Virus record (IMG/VR): IMGVR_UViG_3300028648_000084
Span: 17,532-81,531 of that record
DNA: 64,000 bases
Direction: 5' to 3' (one strand)
Source: a virus
Of this stretch, positions 18,366-28,931 are shown piece by piece (positions within the stretch are counted from its first letter, which is position 1; each line of letters begins with the position of its first letter). The notes beneath the pieces are model-generated. The model ran no database searches. It was given only the letters and a program-made list of their open reading frames with translations, and was not told the origin of the DNA. The position numbers and the translations under genes are program-made.

Positions 18366-18719
18366 GTGGCGTTCGTGGTCGCGCCAGCCCTATGGGCGGT
18401 CGCCACGCCGTTGGTGCCATTCTCAAAAAGCAGGGACTCGCGTTCCATCGGACCCGACTTTACCCCGAACGTCCGAGTCTCGCCACCGTGCCAAGTGGTG
18501 TGGGCAACTCGTCATTCGATCCGCGGGCGTCGAGGTCACATCGTTCGGCAGCTGCGCGCGTTGGTCGCCTCGATGTCGACCGCCGGGTGATGATCACCCG
18601 CGCTATAACCCGACCCGAGTCTCGGGTTAAGAGACTCCGAGACTCTCGCCCCAAGGTCGGCCAGACCGTGCGCCCCGCTGTCGCGCGCGACGCGCGAGAA
18701 GAGCCTCGGCGAGACCTCG

Positions 18720-18860
18720 CACTCGCACAGACCCTGGCGATTCCTTGGCCTACCAACGCGAACGCCCGCGAGTTGCCTCGCGGGCGTTCACCGTTCACCA
18801 GCGGGTCGGTGGCGTTCCACCGGACCCAAGAAGTAGAGGGAACCTGACACCTTGCGAAAT
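18720..18860 (-). ncRNA. Candidate structured non-coding element, copy B
   Basis: 13-bp stem at 18760-18789 with a GCAA loop on the minus strand; GAAGTAGAGG at 18830-18839; homologous to 1871-2012. Confidence 0.45.
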
Positions 18861-19039
18861 GTCTCGCCTGCGTTTCATCAGGGGGCCATCCCAATCGGTC
18901 CTGACCGTACGGTGGGGATCGGCTGCGAGACTCGAACAGGTGACGGCGGGTCGCCCAAGAGACCAAGCCACTCGCGACCTGCTTTAGACGCGCGTACTTT
19001 CCCCCACCTACACAATACCCCGCCGCACCGTTGACACGC

Positions 19040-19471
19040 CTACGACGCGGCTCCGCACTCCGGGCAGCGTCTGGGCTTCAGATCGTCTGTCGCAGCGCGC
19101 AAATCGTATCCACACCGGCCGCATCGGTAGCCCTGCCCGTGCCGGGACCCATCTCGCCACATGTCTAGAAGACCCCAAGTGCACGCATACGCTATGCCAT
19201 ATATCACCGCGTTAATCACTAGTACGACGTAGAAGATCCACGACGTCACAGTTATCCCCTCGAAGACCCTCGTAGCCAGCCACACCACAAGCGCCAGACT
19301 CCACACGCAAATCTCCATGACGGTGTGCGAGGGCTCGGACGGGGCTGGGATTGACGCTGCCGCCACACCTCCTACGCATAGCGAGAGCAATAGATGGATG
19401 CCGCTCAGGATCAATACTCTTTTGCACCAGACCCCCCAGCGAGCCCTTCGCTCGCCTACATGCCGCCGCAT
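19040..19471 (-). CDS. Membrane protein with C-terminal zinc ribbon, candidate Rhs immunity protein
   Basis: GGAG then ATG 19471; three hydrophobic segments; CGRCGYDL...RCPECG; directly downstream of the Rhs gene. Confidence 0.65.
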   Translation of the reverse strand: MRRHVGERRARWGVWCKRVLILSGIHLLLSLCVGGVAAASIPAPSEPSHTVMEICVWSLALVVWLATRVFEGITVTSWIFYVVLVINAVIYGIAYACTWGLLDMWRDGSRHGQGYRCGRCGYDLRAATDDLKPRRCPECGAAS

Positions 19472-19508
19472 GCTCGACTCCACCGAGGATCCTCGACTAC
19501 TGATGGGG

Positions 19509-22500
19509 TCACTGGACATTGAACGGACCCGATGGATACACGAACTCATCCTCGCCGCAGCAGACCGTCCCGGTCATTGTGATTGGCCATTTAACGTACA
19601 CCCAGAAGGGAGGATGCAGGCCGCTCTGTTGCAAGATTACAGCGCTCTTGTAATCCGCAAACAGCTCGCGAAAGCTGCTGCTGAAGAAATTGTAGTAGTC
19701 CGCAACAATGATGGTTCCCTCGACTCTAAGTTCACAGCAGCAGGCACTTCGATCGCGAGGATGCGTAGTGGATTGCCCGAGTGTCAGAATAATATCCTTG
19801 TGACCGATGCTCGCGCCAGCATGTGCATAGAACAGCTCGCCTGACTCGAATCGGTGATAGAAGGCGATGTCCTTTCCGAGTATCGCGAGTTTGTCGCGCA
19901 GTCTCCGGGACGTATTGCATCCGTCGTCAAGAACATGCTCGCACATGGACCCACGGAAGTAGTTCCATAGCTTCCACATGAACGGGTAGTCGGCCTTGTA
20001 CTTCTCGCCATAGCCGAAGATAGTAAGGCTTGACCCTGGACCGCGACCAGGCACAAGGAAATAGTCGAGTATCTCTGCCGCGAGATCCCACCCCTGCCCA
20101 TTCCACTTCTTGGAGAGTCCCTGTAGTGAGGAGAGCGCATCGGAATACTCATTGAGGCCGAGCGGATCCAAACCGATTATGGGGCGACCTCCCACAAACT
20201 GGTAGAGCGACAGACTGTCCACATAGCCTGCCGGATCCCGGCTGCTCCATCTCCCCAGCGGCGGCTCATAGGTCCGATTGCGCGCGAGGTAGTTCGCGAC
20301 GGCAGGGTTGAACGCATACCCGTCCCACCCGATCGAGTTGTCGGCGACCGTATCGACAGAGATCAGGCCGGCAGCGAGAGCCGATGCGTTGACGTTCGCA
20401 AACGTGCCATCGGTCGAGTTGATTACGCCGTTGCGATCGAGGTCGGCCTCGGCACGGTAGTTGGCCTGGCCAATCGAGGATGAACCCGCCGCGATGATCG
20501 CATCAACTATTGCCTTGTCCGTACTTCCGCTCGAGCCGTTGCCATCGACATCGCCGGGTCGGTGGTGCCGGGCAACTCCATAGGAATCGTAGGTGACGCG
20601 CTCGACGAGGCCGCCGGACCTGTTCAGGACAGCGACCGTCGAGAACATCCCATCGAGGCAATGGTAATAGGTGCCTTCGCCCGAATCGACATAGTCGCCG
20701 TCGTTGTTGACGTCGGCGCGGTGCATGAGGCACTCGTCGATGTAGCGCTGGCCCCAGACATACTGAACGCGCTTGTTCAGCCCGGGAGAACTGACATAGT
20801 TGTCGTCGACTCGTTCCTCAAGGAGCTGCCAACCCGCAGAGTAGGTCAGCGCGCGTTCCTCATCGAGCCCACCGCTCTGGTCCGTGTCCTCACGCTTGAG
20901 GGTGCGCCAACCAAGGCCATTGAACGCCTGCTCGAGCTGGACACGGCTGCTGACCTTGACCTGTGCGAGCCGGTTCCAAGGGTCGTATCTGTAAGAGGTC
21001 GTGACGCTATTGGCGGTGCGAGTGAGTAGATTGCCGGCATCGTCATACTCGAGCGTCTCGTCGGGAGTCGCCCCAGGAAAGTCCCGGGCATTCAGCTGGT
21101 TAACGTTATCGTGATCGCGCGATTCTGTCTGCTGCGCTGGCGTCGCGTCCCAGGTCGAGACTTCGATCCAGTTGCCCAGCAGGTCGAGCGACCACTCCTG
21201 GCTTCCCTGGGCATTCGAAGGCGAGCCGCCAGACAGGTTTCCGTAGGTGTTCCGCATCGCCGATGCAACGCGGTTCATCCCATCATAGGTAAAGGCGTGG
21301 CTCATCGGCCATTGATTCGTGTGCCGGCGATCGTAGACGCTCGTGCGGTTCAACTCATCGTCGTAACCATACTGAAGGGCCACGATCTGCGGCCTTGTCG
21401 GCACGCGGTTGCCGCTCACGAGCTGCGTCGTCAGCGAACCATCGGCCCAGGTCTGGAGGGCCAACCGCCCGAACCGGTCATACCCCGGATAGAACCCGCG
21501 CGGTGACTGGGTGGTGTAACCAACCGCCCAGCGCTTGCCGTCGAGTGATAGCGTGAAGTCGAGCTGAACATCCGCTTGCTCGAGGTCCATAAGCGCCGGC
21601 GTCGCCATCCCGACATATTCGAAGTTCGCCATCGCGATGTTCGAACTGCTCGTCAGATTGAACTTGTTCTGAGTGACGCGGCTGATCCGATCCGCGAGCG
21701 AGGTCGATGAGCCGTAGACGGTGTCAATCGTCTCGGGAGACACTCCAGAGCTGTTTGCCCGGCGCGGATAGGAGAGGCCCGTCAAGCGGCTGTAATTGCT
21801 GCCAGCGCTGCCCGACGCCACCGCGGCATCCGAGTAGGCGTAAGAGACTAGCCGAGTATCCCCCGTGGGAATGCCGCTGCCGTCGTAGCTGACCGCGCCT
21901 TTCTGATGCTGATAGACCTTGGCAATCTGCCCAAGTCCGGTGTAGGTGAACTCCACCTCGTTCTTGATCGTCGTACTGTTGAGGCCGACGACCCTTCCGA
22001 GCCGGCCCGCATTATCGAACGAGAAGGTAACGTTGTTGATCGTCGTGTCGATGTGCGTGGCGCTCGCGGTCACCGCGTCGCTCGTCACGCGGCCGAGCTT
22101 GTCCAATCCGTAGGCGTGCTTCGTCTTATTCTGGTCGATGATGCCGGTTCGTTCCCCAATGCGGTTCCAACTGTGCCACACGGTGCGCGACGCTTCCGAT
22201 GTGCTGTCCTGCCCGAGCGGAAAGATGGTCTTGAGAAGCAGGTCGTTCGACACCATCGACGACGCGATCGTCGGACCGCCGCTCGGTCCCACGGCGGAGG
22301 TGGTTACACCATAGACATACTGCGTGACCTGATCGTTGCCGTCGCCGGTGTCGCCATTCGCATGCGCGGTGAGCTTGGTGACCTGGCCGATGCCATTGCG
22401 GACGAACGTGGTGGTGCGATCGATGTCGTTGCCCGCATCGATGCCGCTCAGCTCAAGTGCGGTGCCGCCGGTGTTCCACGCAACCGTGACACTTGAGTCG

Positions 22501-25500
22501 TCATCATTCTCAATTGTTGCGATCGTGCGGCCGAGCGCATCGACCAGTGTCCGATCGACGCGACTCCCGCTTCCCACTCCTGGGCCGGGGTTGATGCGCG
22601 TGTTCGCCAGCCCACGCGGGTCATAGAGGAACTGCGTGACGAGCGCGCCGCCAGTGGTCGGCACGGCATTGGGAACGGCGTCGGATGACGTTGGCGCAGA
22701 ACCGCTTGGAGCAAAGGTCGACTGATTCGTGCCCCATTCGGCGATCGCGATCTGGCGTGCGGCCGCGTCATAGTGCGAGGTCTGGAATGTCGCGATGAAA
22801 TCGGCGCTCGCCGGAACACCAGTATCCGTCGCGGGAGAATGGATGCGCTGGAGTCTTGTTGCAATGAACGGCATGCCCCCAAGCGATGACTCCGTTCCGG
22901 CCACAAAGGTCTGCTCCGTGACCTCGATCACGCGATCGCCAGTCGGGACCGCCGCGCGCGTCGATGGCGACCAGACATCAATGTGGCTCCCGGCGCCAGG
23001 GATCGCATCGCCACCTCGGTCCGTGAGATAGGTCGCGATCGCGCGGCCGAGGCCGTCGAAGGTCGCTTTCATCGCAGGACTTGATGGCGCCCAGGTGCCG
23101 ACCGTGCGACCGACCTCGTCGAACCAGTTCGCGCTTGTGAGGTTCACCCGCGAGCCGGAGGCGGCACCCGGGTTCGTCGCCAGCTCGGTCCAGGCCACGA
23201 GCCCGCGCTGCGTATAGGTGGATTTCTCCAGCGCGACGCGCGTCGAATCCGCCGAAGAAAAGCCGGTGGGCACTGACCCCGGCAGCGTGTCGAACATCGC
23301 GCGCTCGGTCACCCTGCCGAGATTGTCATAGAGCTGCGCGGCGTGGGGCGCGAGTGGGCTCTCGACCATCACGAGCCGATCGCGCCAGTCGAAGCTGTTG
23401 TTGGTGATGCGATCGAAGGTGTTGCTCGATTCTGCAAGCACCCGCTGTCGCGTAAGGTTCCCGTTTCCGCTGCCGGGAGTGTCGCCGCTGCCATCGAACA
23501 CCGACTTCGCAACGGTCGACATCTGGTCCGGCTCATCCGCGTCGGCGATGCCGACCTTGGTCTCGACCACTCGATCGAGCACATCGTAGAGCTGCTGCGT
23601 GACGGTGCCGACAGCGTTGATCGTGTAGTCCAGGCGCCCCACAGGATCGTGGAAGAACTTCGTGATGACCTTGCCTGCATCGGGGCCGGCGCCAGAGGGA
23701 TCATGCCAAGCCGTGCGGCTGATCGCCTGGCCGGCGACATTGCGCTCCGTGCTCGCTCGCGCGAGCAGGCTCGATGTCGAGGTGCTGATTGCGTAGTCCG
23801 TGATGACCTGAGGCCAAGGTTCGCCACCAGAACTAATGTCGTAGGTGCCGGTGATTGGACAATCCCACGCTGCAATCTCAGCGCCGGAGGCGTTGACCCA
23901 GCGGATCGATGCGGGGCCAGCATGGTCCGAGCTACCGAGCTCGTGCGGCAGCGTCACGATGGCGAGGTACTCGAGGCCTGGATGATCGGCGCATTCGCGC
24001 AGCTCGCGCCGCGTGTAGGTGTTCACACCGGCTGGTGATGTCTGACGCTGCACTCGTCCGAGCAAGTCGTAGGTCGTGGCCGAGACAAGCGAGCCGCCGG
24101 AACCATTCAATCCGGTAAAGGTGCCGGTGAGGCCGGTCGTCGAAGGGAAGGAGCTCCCATCGTCAGCGTTCTGCTCGACGAGCGTGACCCTTCCACTCCG
24201 GGGGTCGAACTCGCGCCGCGTCAGCGCGCCATCCGCGGCTCGGCTCCAATAGTTCCTGCCTTGCGAATCGAAGAACTCGTGCGCATAGACGAAGAGCGAC
24301 AATGGCGGCGAGCCACCATCATCCGGACCGTTGAATGCGCGGCCATCCCACTCGGTCTTCGTCTGCGTTGCCGAGATCTTGTCGCCTGCTGAGAATTGGT
24401 AGGCGAACTCCGTCGTTTCGATGTCATCACCGCCGAGCGAACCCGGTGTGTCCGTCGCGACCCGGAATCGCTCGATCGTGGCGGGCAACCAAGTGCGAGT
24501 GCTTCCCGTCCCCGCGCCCCAGGTTGTCCTCGTGACAATCGCTCGCTCTACGGGCGTCGAGCCGCGCTCGACCCACTCCTCGGTCCGGCGCTTGCTCGAG
24601 TCATACTCGAACGAATGCACGAGCCCTACGGTCGTCTTGGCAACGAACGCCCCCGGCAAGCTGTGATCGCTCGCAGGATCCGGGTCGTAACTCTGGCAAC
24701 TCGACGGCGTGAAGACTTTGGTCACGAGCCCATCGCCGTTGTACTCGTGATGGGTTGCCCAGATCAGAGAGTCGTCCGCGTTCGCGATCGCCTTGTTGAT
24801 CATGAACGGCGGCCGAGCCGCCATTCCGGGAACCGTCGGTCCGCGCCGACCCAGGTCGTAGTAGGTTGCCCGGTAGCGATCCCATGGGTCGCTCGGGTTT
24901 CCTGTGGCGATGTGCTCGATCTCGTGCGTCGACCATTGAAGTGTGGCGTGACTGGGGAAGGAGTAATACTCGTAGGTGAACTTCCGACCCTGCGGCGAAC
25001 CCGCGCCGCCACTGCATCCGCAGTCGCTGATCAGGTATTGCGTCAGCACGCGATAGGGGCTCGACGACTCGTACTGCTCGATGATCTTCGCCGCCAGGTC
25101 GACCACGAGGATGCCGGACGCCGCCTCAGCACCGTCAGCAAGCGTCAAGAGATGCGCGGCCGTGGTCGCCACGCGCGTCGACAGCGGCTCCGCAGCGCTC
25201 AGCGCCGCGACGAACTCGACCTGCTGTGGATGGATCTCCATCTTGAGCTGGCCATCCCGACCGAGCCATGAGAATGACCGATCACCTTCGTCCACGCCGC
25301 ACGTGGAACAGGATGTTCGGTGATACCGATACTGCGCAATCGTCTGGCGCCAGACGGGATCGGTGCCCAAACTTCCTGGGGCCGGATCGATGCGCTCGGA
25401 CTTGATGACTTGCACGAGATCGCCGTTCGTGCCGAGATCCGCAGAGAAGCTCGAGTCATCGCCCATATACGTGTACTCGACGCGTTCGACGGGCACGAGT

Positions 25501-27410
25501 ACTGGCGTCGTCGTCCCGACATCCCGCACGACCTCGGCGCGACGGAGGCGGCCGAAGTTCGGCGATGTGCTGTTGAAGTTCCAGGTGAATGTCACCTGGG
25601 CAGCGGGCTCTTGCGCGGATCCCGGGTATCCGTCCACATAGACCCGCTCCAATCGCGCGACATTGCCTGTGCCGGTCGCGATGAGCAGGTACTTGTATAT
25701 CGTTCCGTTGCCGTAGATGTCGAAGGTCCGGAGCCGCAGGCCGAGGAGCGCTGCATCGGGAGCGGTCACACTCGAGGCGCTTCCACAGGAGAGCCCGCCC
25801 ATGATCGTCTCGCCGGAGGCCTTCGCGCGGAAGTAATCGATCGAGGTCCTGCCCGGCTCCTCGATGCGCCACACCGGGTACACGACGCCATCCACACAAG
25901 CCTGCGTGCGCTTGATAACTCGATGACTTGGGCCCGGAAGAGGAAGCGCGCCACCGATCGTGGCAAGCAGGTCATTCTCATCAACGATCGGCACTTCGGG
26001 GCGCGCCGTCCCTCGCCGAATGCGAAGGAGCAAGTGACCGTCCTGAGTGGAGACCGACATGTACTCCGCGGTGGAGAGTGCCCACTTCGAGCCACTCACC
26101 CTGGCGGCAGTCCAGACATCCTCGCTTCGGTACTTGCGAGCGAGCCGAAAGCCGCCGCCCGCAGCGCTCACGCTGAGATCGGTCGCTGAGCCATTCTTGT
26201 GGCCGAACGCGAGATCGATTGGATGCCTGCCGCCGGGAATGGGATCGTACTCACCGCCTGCGCCCTCGCAATCGTCGTCGTCACCGTCCTTGTCGAGATC
26301 CTCATCTTCGGGCGGCACAGGCGGAATCGGCGGCTCCATGTTGATGCTGCAGCCGGAAGTTCCCTGGAGATCGGCCAGCTCCTCATCCGTCAGGCCATGA
26401 CCATCGCCCTGATCGCCAAAGGTCTCAAAGAGGTACTCCTGGAGGCAATCGACAAGCGCGGCGCACTTCGCCGCATTGCCGGAGGCACATTGAGCGAGGA
26501 AATCCTTGGTGATCGCAATCGCGTCCGCGCGCGTCATCTGCGCTGGGTCGTAACACACTTGGGAGTCGCTCAACAGCTTTCGCAGATCGTCGCAGGTGCC
26601 TTCCTCCTCGTCGCAGTCCTGGTCGCACTCGAGCTCCTCGCCGCACTGCCAGCGCGCCGAGCTTCCCTCTGGTGTCTTGCAGCAGTCGCAATCGGTCAGA
26701 AGGTCGGCACCGACGCACATGGCCATTTCGTCGAGCACTGATTGCGGCACGCAGCCGAGGATCTGATGAATGCACTTCGTGACTTCTTCGCAGAAGGTGC
26801 ACGGTCCACTCGGACATGCGGTTGCCTTCCAAGTGGCACCGCACTTCTTGAGGAACTCGCACACGGCCGCGAACTTCGAGTCGAAGTCCGCAGGGCAGCA
26901 CTCCTCGCCCTCGAGCATCAGCTCCACCTTCTCCACCATGAAGCCACATCGCTCCGCGGGCGTCGTCATCGTCTCGAGCTCGGAGCAATCGACGCTCTGA
27001 AGCACGCACGCGCGGCGCCATGCGCAGCAGAGGCCAGCGGGGAAGCAGTCCTCCTTGCCTTCCCAGCAGTCCGGATTCAGATAGCCTGGGATATTGGCGG
27101 GCACGACGACGGCGAAGAACTGCTCGCAGGTCTCGATCGAATCGGTCTCGTTGATCTTGTAGTCGCACGGCGGAACGCACATGAAGCACCCGCCATACGG
27201 CAGAACAAACCACCCAGCGACGCTGTTCTCGCACGGGGTGCCAATCGAGGCGCAAATGCCCGTTCCGCTCGATGGCGGTACCGCTGAGCATGGTGGATCT
27301 GCGGCAGCGCGATCGATCGCGGGGGTGATCGCCACCGAGATGGCACCGAGCATGGCGAGAGTCAGAACGAGGCGCTGTCGCACGATCGCGCTCCAGAGTG
27401 ATTCGTCCAT
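19509..27410 (-). CDS. Giant Rhs/YD-repeat polymorphic toxin (~2630 aa)
   Basis: Signal-like N-terminus, Cys-rich region, YD repeats, Rhs core end (GRWSSRDPAGYVDSLSLYQFVGGRPIIGLDPLGL) and a 214-aa tip. Start placed at ATG 27410. Confidence 0.9.
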   Translation of the reverse strand: MDESLWSAIVRQRLVLTLAMLGAISVAITPAIDRAAADPPCSAVPPSSGTGICASIGTPCENSVAGWFVLPYGGCFMCVPPCDYKINETDSIETCEQFFAVVVPANIPGYLNPDCWEGKEDCFPAGLCCAWRRACVLQSVDCSELETMTTPAERCGFMVEKVELMLEGEECCPADFDSKFAAVCEFLKKCGATWKATACPSGPCTFCEEVTKCIHQILGCVPQSVLDEMAMCVGADLLTDCDCCKTPEGSSARWQCGEELECDQDCDEEEGTCDDLRKLLSDSQVCYDPAQMTRADAIAITKDFLAQCASGNAAKCAALVDCLQEYLFETFGDQGDGHGLTDEELADLQGTSGCSINMEPPIPPVPPEDEDLDKDGDDDDCEGAGGEYDPIPGGRHPIDLAFGHKNGSATDLSVSAAGGGFRLARKYRSEDVWTAARVSGSKWALSTAEYMSVSTQDGHLLLRIRRGTARPEVPIVDENDLLATIGGALPLPGPSHRVIKRTQACVDGVVYPVWRIEEPGRTSIDYFRAKASGETIMGGLSCGSASSVTAPDAALLGLRLRTFDIYGNGTIYKYLLIATGTGNVARLERVYVDGYPGSAQEPAAQVTFTWNFNSTSPNFGRLRRAEVVRDVGTTTPVLVPVERVEYTYMGDDSSFSADLGTNGDLVQVIKSERIDPAPGSLGTDPVWRQTIAQYRYHRTSCSTCGVDEGDRSFSWLGRDGQLKMEIHPQQVEFVAALSAAEPLSTRVATTAAHLLTLADGAEAASGILVVDLAAKIIEQYESSSPYRVLTQYLISDCGCSGGAGSPQGRKFTYEYYSFPSHATLQWSTHEIEHIATGNPSDPWDRYRATYYDLGRRGPTVPGMAARPPFMINKAIANADDSLIWATHHEYNGDGLVTKVFTPSSCQSYDPDPASDHSLPGAFVAKTTVGLVHSFEYDSSKRRTEEWVERGSTPVERAIVTRTTWGAGTGSTRTWLPATIERFRVATDTPGSLGGDDIETTEFAYQFSAGDKISATQTKTEWDGRAFNGPDDGGSPPLSLFVYAHEFFDSQGRNYWSRAADGALTRREFDPRSGRVTLVEQNADDGSSFPSTTGLTGTFTGLNGSGGSLVSATTYDLLGRVQRQTSPAGVNTYTRRELRECADHPGLEYLAIVTLPHELGSSDHAGPASIRWVNASGAEIAAWDCPITGTYDISSGGEPWPQVITDYAISTSTSSLLARASTERNVAGQAISRTAWHDPSGAGPDAGKVITKFFHDPVGRLDYTINAVGTVTQQLYDVLDRVVETKVGIADADEPDQMSTVAKSVFDGSGDTPGSGNGNLTRQRVLAESSNTFDRITNNSFDWRDRLVMVESPLAPHAAQLYDNLGRVTERAMFDTLPGSVPTGFSSADSTRVALEKSTYTQRGLVAWTELATNPGAASGSRVNLTSANWFDEVGRTVGTWAPSSPAMKATFDGLGRAIATYLTDRGGDAIPGAGSHIDVWSPSTRAAVPTGDRVIEVTEQTFVAGTESSLGGMPFIATRLQRIHSPATDTGVPASADFIATFQTSHYDAAARQIAIAEWGTNQSTFAPSGSAPTSSDAVPNAVPTTGGALVTQFLYDPRGLANTRINPGPGVGSGSRVDRTLVDALGRTIATIENDDDSSVTVAWNTGGTALELSGIDAGNDIDRTTTFVRNGIGQVTKLTAHANGDTGDGNDQVTQYVYGVTTSAVGPSGGPTIASSMVSNDLLLKTIFPLGQDSTSEASRTVWHSWNRIGERTGIIDQNKTKHAYGLDKLGRVTSDAVTASATHIDTTINNVTFSFDNAGRLGRVVGLNSTTIKNEVEFTYTGLGQIAKVYQHQKGAVSYDGSGIPTGDTRLVSYAYSDAAVASGSAGSNYSRLTGLSYPRRANSSGVSPETIDTVYGSSTSLADRISRVTQNKFNLTSSSNIAMANFEYVGMATPALMDLEQADVQLDFTLSLDGKRWAVGYTTQSPRGFYPGYDRFGRLALQTWADGSLTTQLVSGNRVPTRPQIVALQYGYDDELNRTSVYDRRHTNQWPMSHAFTYDGMNRVASAMRNTYGNLSGGSPSNAQGSQEWSLDLLGNWIEVSTWDATPAQQTESRDHDNVNQLNARDFPGATPDETLEYDDAGNLLTRTANSVTTSYRYDPWNRLAQVKVSSRVQLEQAFNGLGWRTLKREDTDQSGGLDEERALTYSAGWQLLEERVDDNYVSSPGLNKRVQYVWGQRYIDECLMHRADVNNDGDYVDSGEGTYYHCLDGMFSTVAVLNRSGGLVERVTYDSYGVARHHRPGDVDGNGSSGSTDKAIVDAIIAAGSSSIGQANYRAEADLDRNGVINSTDGTFANVNASALAAGLISVDTVADNSIGWDGYAFNPAVANYLARNRTYEPPLGRWSSRDPAGYVDSLSLYQFVGGRPIIGLDPLGLNEYSDALSSLQGLSKKWNGQGWDLAAEILDYFLVPGRGPGSSLTIFGYGEKYKADYPFMWKLWNYFRGSMCEHVLDDGCNTSRRLRDKLAILGKDIAFYHRFESGELFYAHAGASIGHKDIILTLGQSTTHPRDRSACCCELRVEGTIIVADYYNFFSSSFRELFADYKSAVILQQSGLHPPFWVYVKWPITMTGTVCCGEDEFVYPSGPFNVQ

Positions 27411-27678
27411 CGACCTAGCCGATCGCGTTCGACCGGCCACCACCGAACACTGGGCGACGACTCCCCTTCGCCGTCCGGAAGCTGGGGTTTCCAGCGGCAC
27501 TGAGGATCGCCAGATCCAGTCGTGCTGTCAAGACTCTACCGGCCGCTTTTCTTTGGAGGCGAGTTTTCGCCAGCAATATGCAACGCGGCGCCGAGGATGG
27601 CTACGCTAACGACATACGTTCCGTCGGCGGGCGGCGCTGCCATCGCCGACCTCGATCGCAACTTCGGAGGACACGCAG

Positions 27679-28401
27679 ATGCTGAAGCTACTTCTGATTG
27701 GGGGCACCGCGGTTGCATCGAGTCTTCTGAGCTTTCTGGCACTCGTGGCGCCGAATCCGGTGCCGACCTCGCCGATAGCAATCGACACGCCGCCCGGCGT
27801 CGCGGCATCGATCGGCCTCAACCCGGAGGCGATGGCCGCTGCGGGATTGAGTGCCCAGCAAGCATCGACTGTGATTGCAAATCTCGCCACTTCATCGGCG
27901 CTTGTGTCCGAACTTCAGAACGCCGACATTTCGGCGACGAGCGCAGCGAGCACACTCACCACCGCGCAGGAACAGGCGCGCGGACCGTTCGCGACCGAGC
28001 AATCGCCGGCGGCGGTGGCTGCGGCGGTAGCCGCGTTCGAGCAGGCGATCGCTGTGCGAGAAGAGGCACGGATCGCACTTGTGAATGCCGCGACGGCGGG
28101 ACTGACCTCAGAGGCGAAAGCGCGTCTCGCTGCAATCACGGCGGCATCGCTTCACAGCGTGCCCACTTCGTTCATGGTCTTGACCCGCACACCTGAGGAG
28201 TGGACCACGATTGAAGAGGCGCTTCGAGCGGAGGCGCGCGCCACCCGCATGGAAATGACACTCGCCGAGAGTCACGCGTCGCTGCTTGCGGGGACTCGCG
28301 CCGATGCTGGAGTGATCGCGGCACAGGCAAGCCTGACCAGCAATCTCGCCGCGATCGCGGCCGTTGTCGCTGCGGGCGATGCTGTCCCGCCCGGGCCCTG
28401 A
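27679..28401 (+). CDS. Ala-rich secreted/helical hypothetical protein, divergent from the Rhs gene
   Basis: Clean 240-aa ORF with a hydrophobic N-terminus. Confidence 0.7.
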   Translation: MLKLLLIGGTAVASSLLSFLALVAPNPVPTSPIAIDTPPGVAASIGLNPEAMAAAGLSAQQASTVIANLATSSALVSELQNADISATSAASTLTTAQEQARGPFATEQSPAAVAAAVAAFEQAIAVREEARIALVNAATAGLTSEAKARLAAITAASLHSVPTSFMVLTRTPEEWTTIEEALRAEARATRMEMTLAESHASLLAGTRADAGVIAAQASLTSNLAAIAAVVAAGDAVPPGP

Positions 28402-28520
28402 CTCAGCGCACTCCGATCGCGCCCGAACAACAACGCCCGGCGAGCCTTGCGGCTCAGCCGGGCGCTTCCGGGGGCAACTTTGAGTCGGACGGAATCAAGA
28501 TAGCACCGGGCCTGCACCGG

Positions 28521-28931
28521 TCAAGTGGTGGCCGACCGCACTGCTTTCGGGCAGCACGGCACCCGCAGGCGCGGTCGTGATCCTGCCGCGCTCGCCAGCC
28601 ACCACCCGCGCGGACACTTGGCGGACGGCACTCGGCGCTTGAGCGGCAGGAGGCAGTGGCACGCGGGGCAGAACAACGGACCGCCGCACTTCTCGCGACA
28701 CACCGCGCGGCGCTCGCGGGCCAGCCCGTCCAACGCTCGAAGTCGCGCGGCGACCTCGCGGATGCGCTCAACGATGCGCAGGCGTCCGCCAGGAGCGCGG
28801 TGCTGACAACTGCCACACCGCTCGACCCTGAACGGCAGCGTGCCCATTGCGCCGATCGTGCACTGCACGAGATCGGGCGCTCGCGTCGTGCGTTGATGGC
28901 GGCATGCACTCTTGACTTCAGGACCACTCAT
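28521..28931 (-). CDS. Small Cys-rich phage protein (136 aa)
   Basis: ATGA overlap with the upstream gene; paralog of 5612-5992. Confidence 0.65.
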   Translation of the reverse strand: MSGPEVKSACRHQRTTRAPDLVQCTIGAMGTLPFRVERCGSCQHRAPGGRLRIVERIREVAARLRALDGLARERRAVCREKCGGPLFCPACHCLLPLKRRVPSAKCPRGWWLASAAGSRPRLRVPCCPKAVRSATT

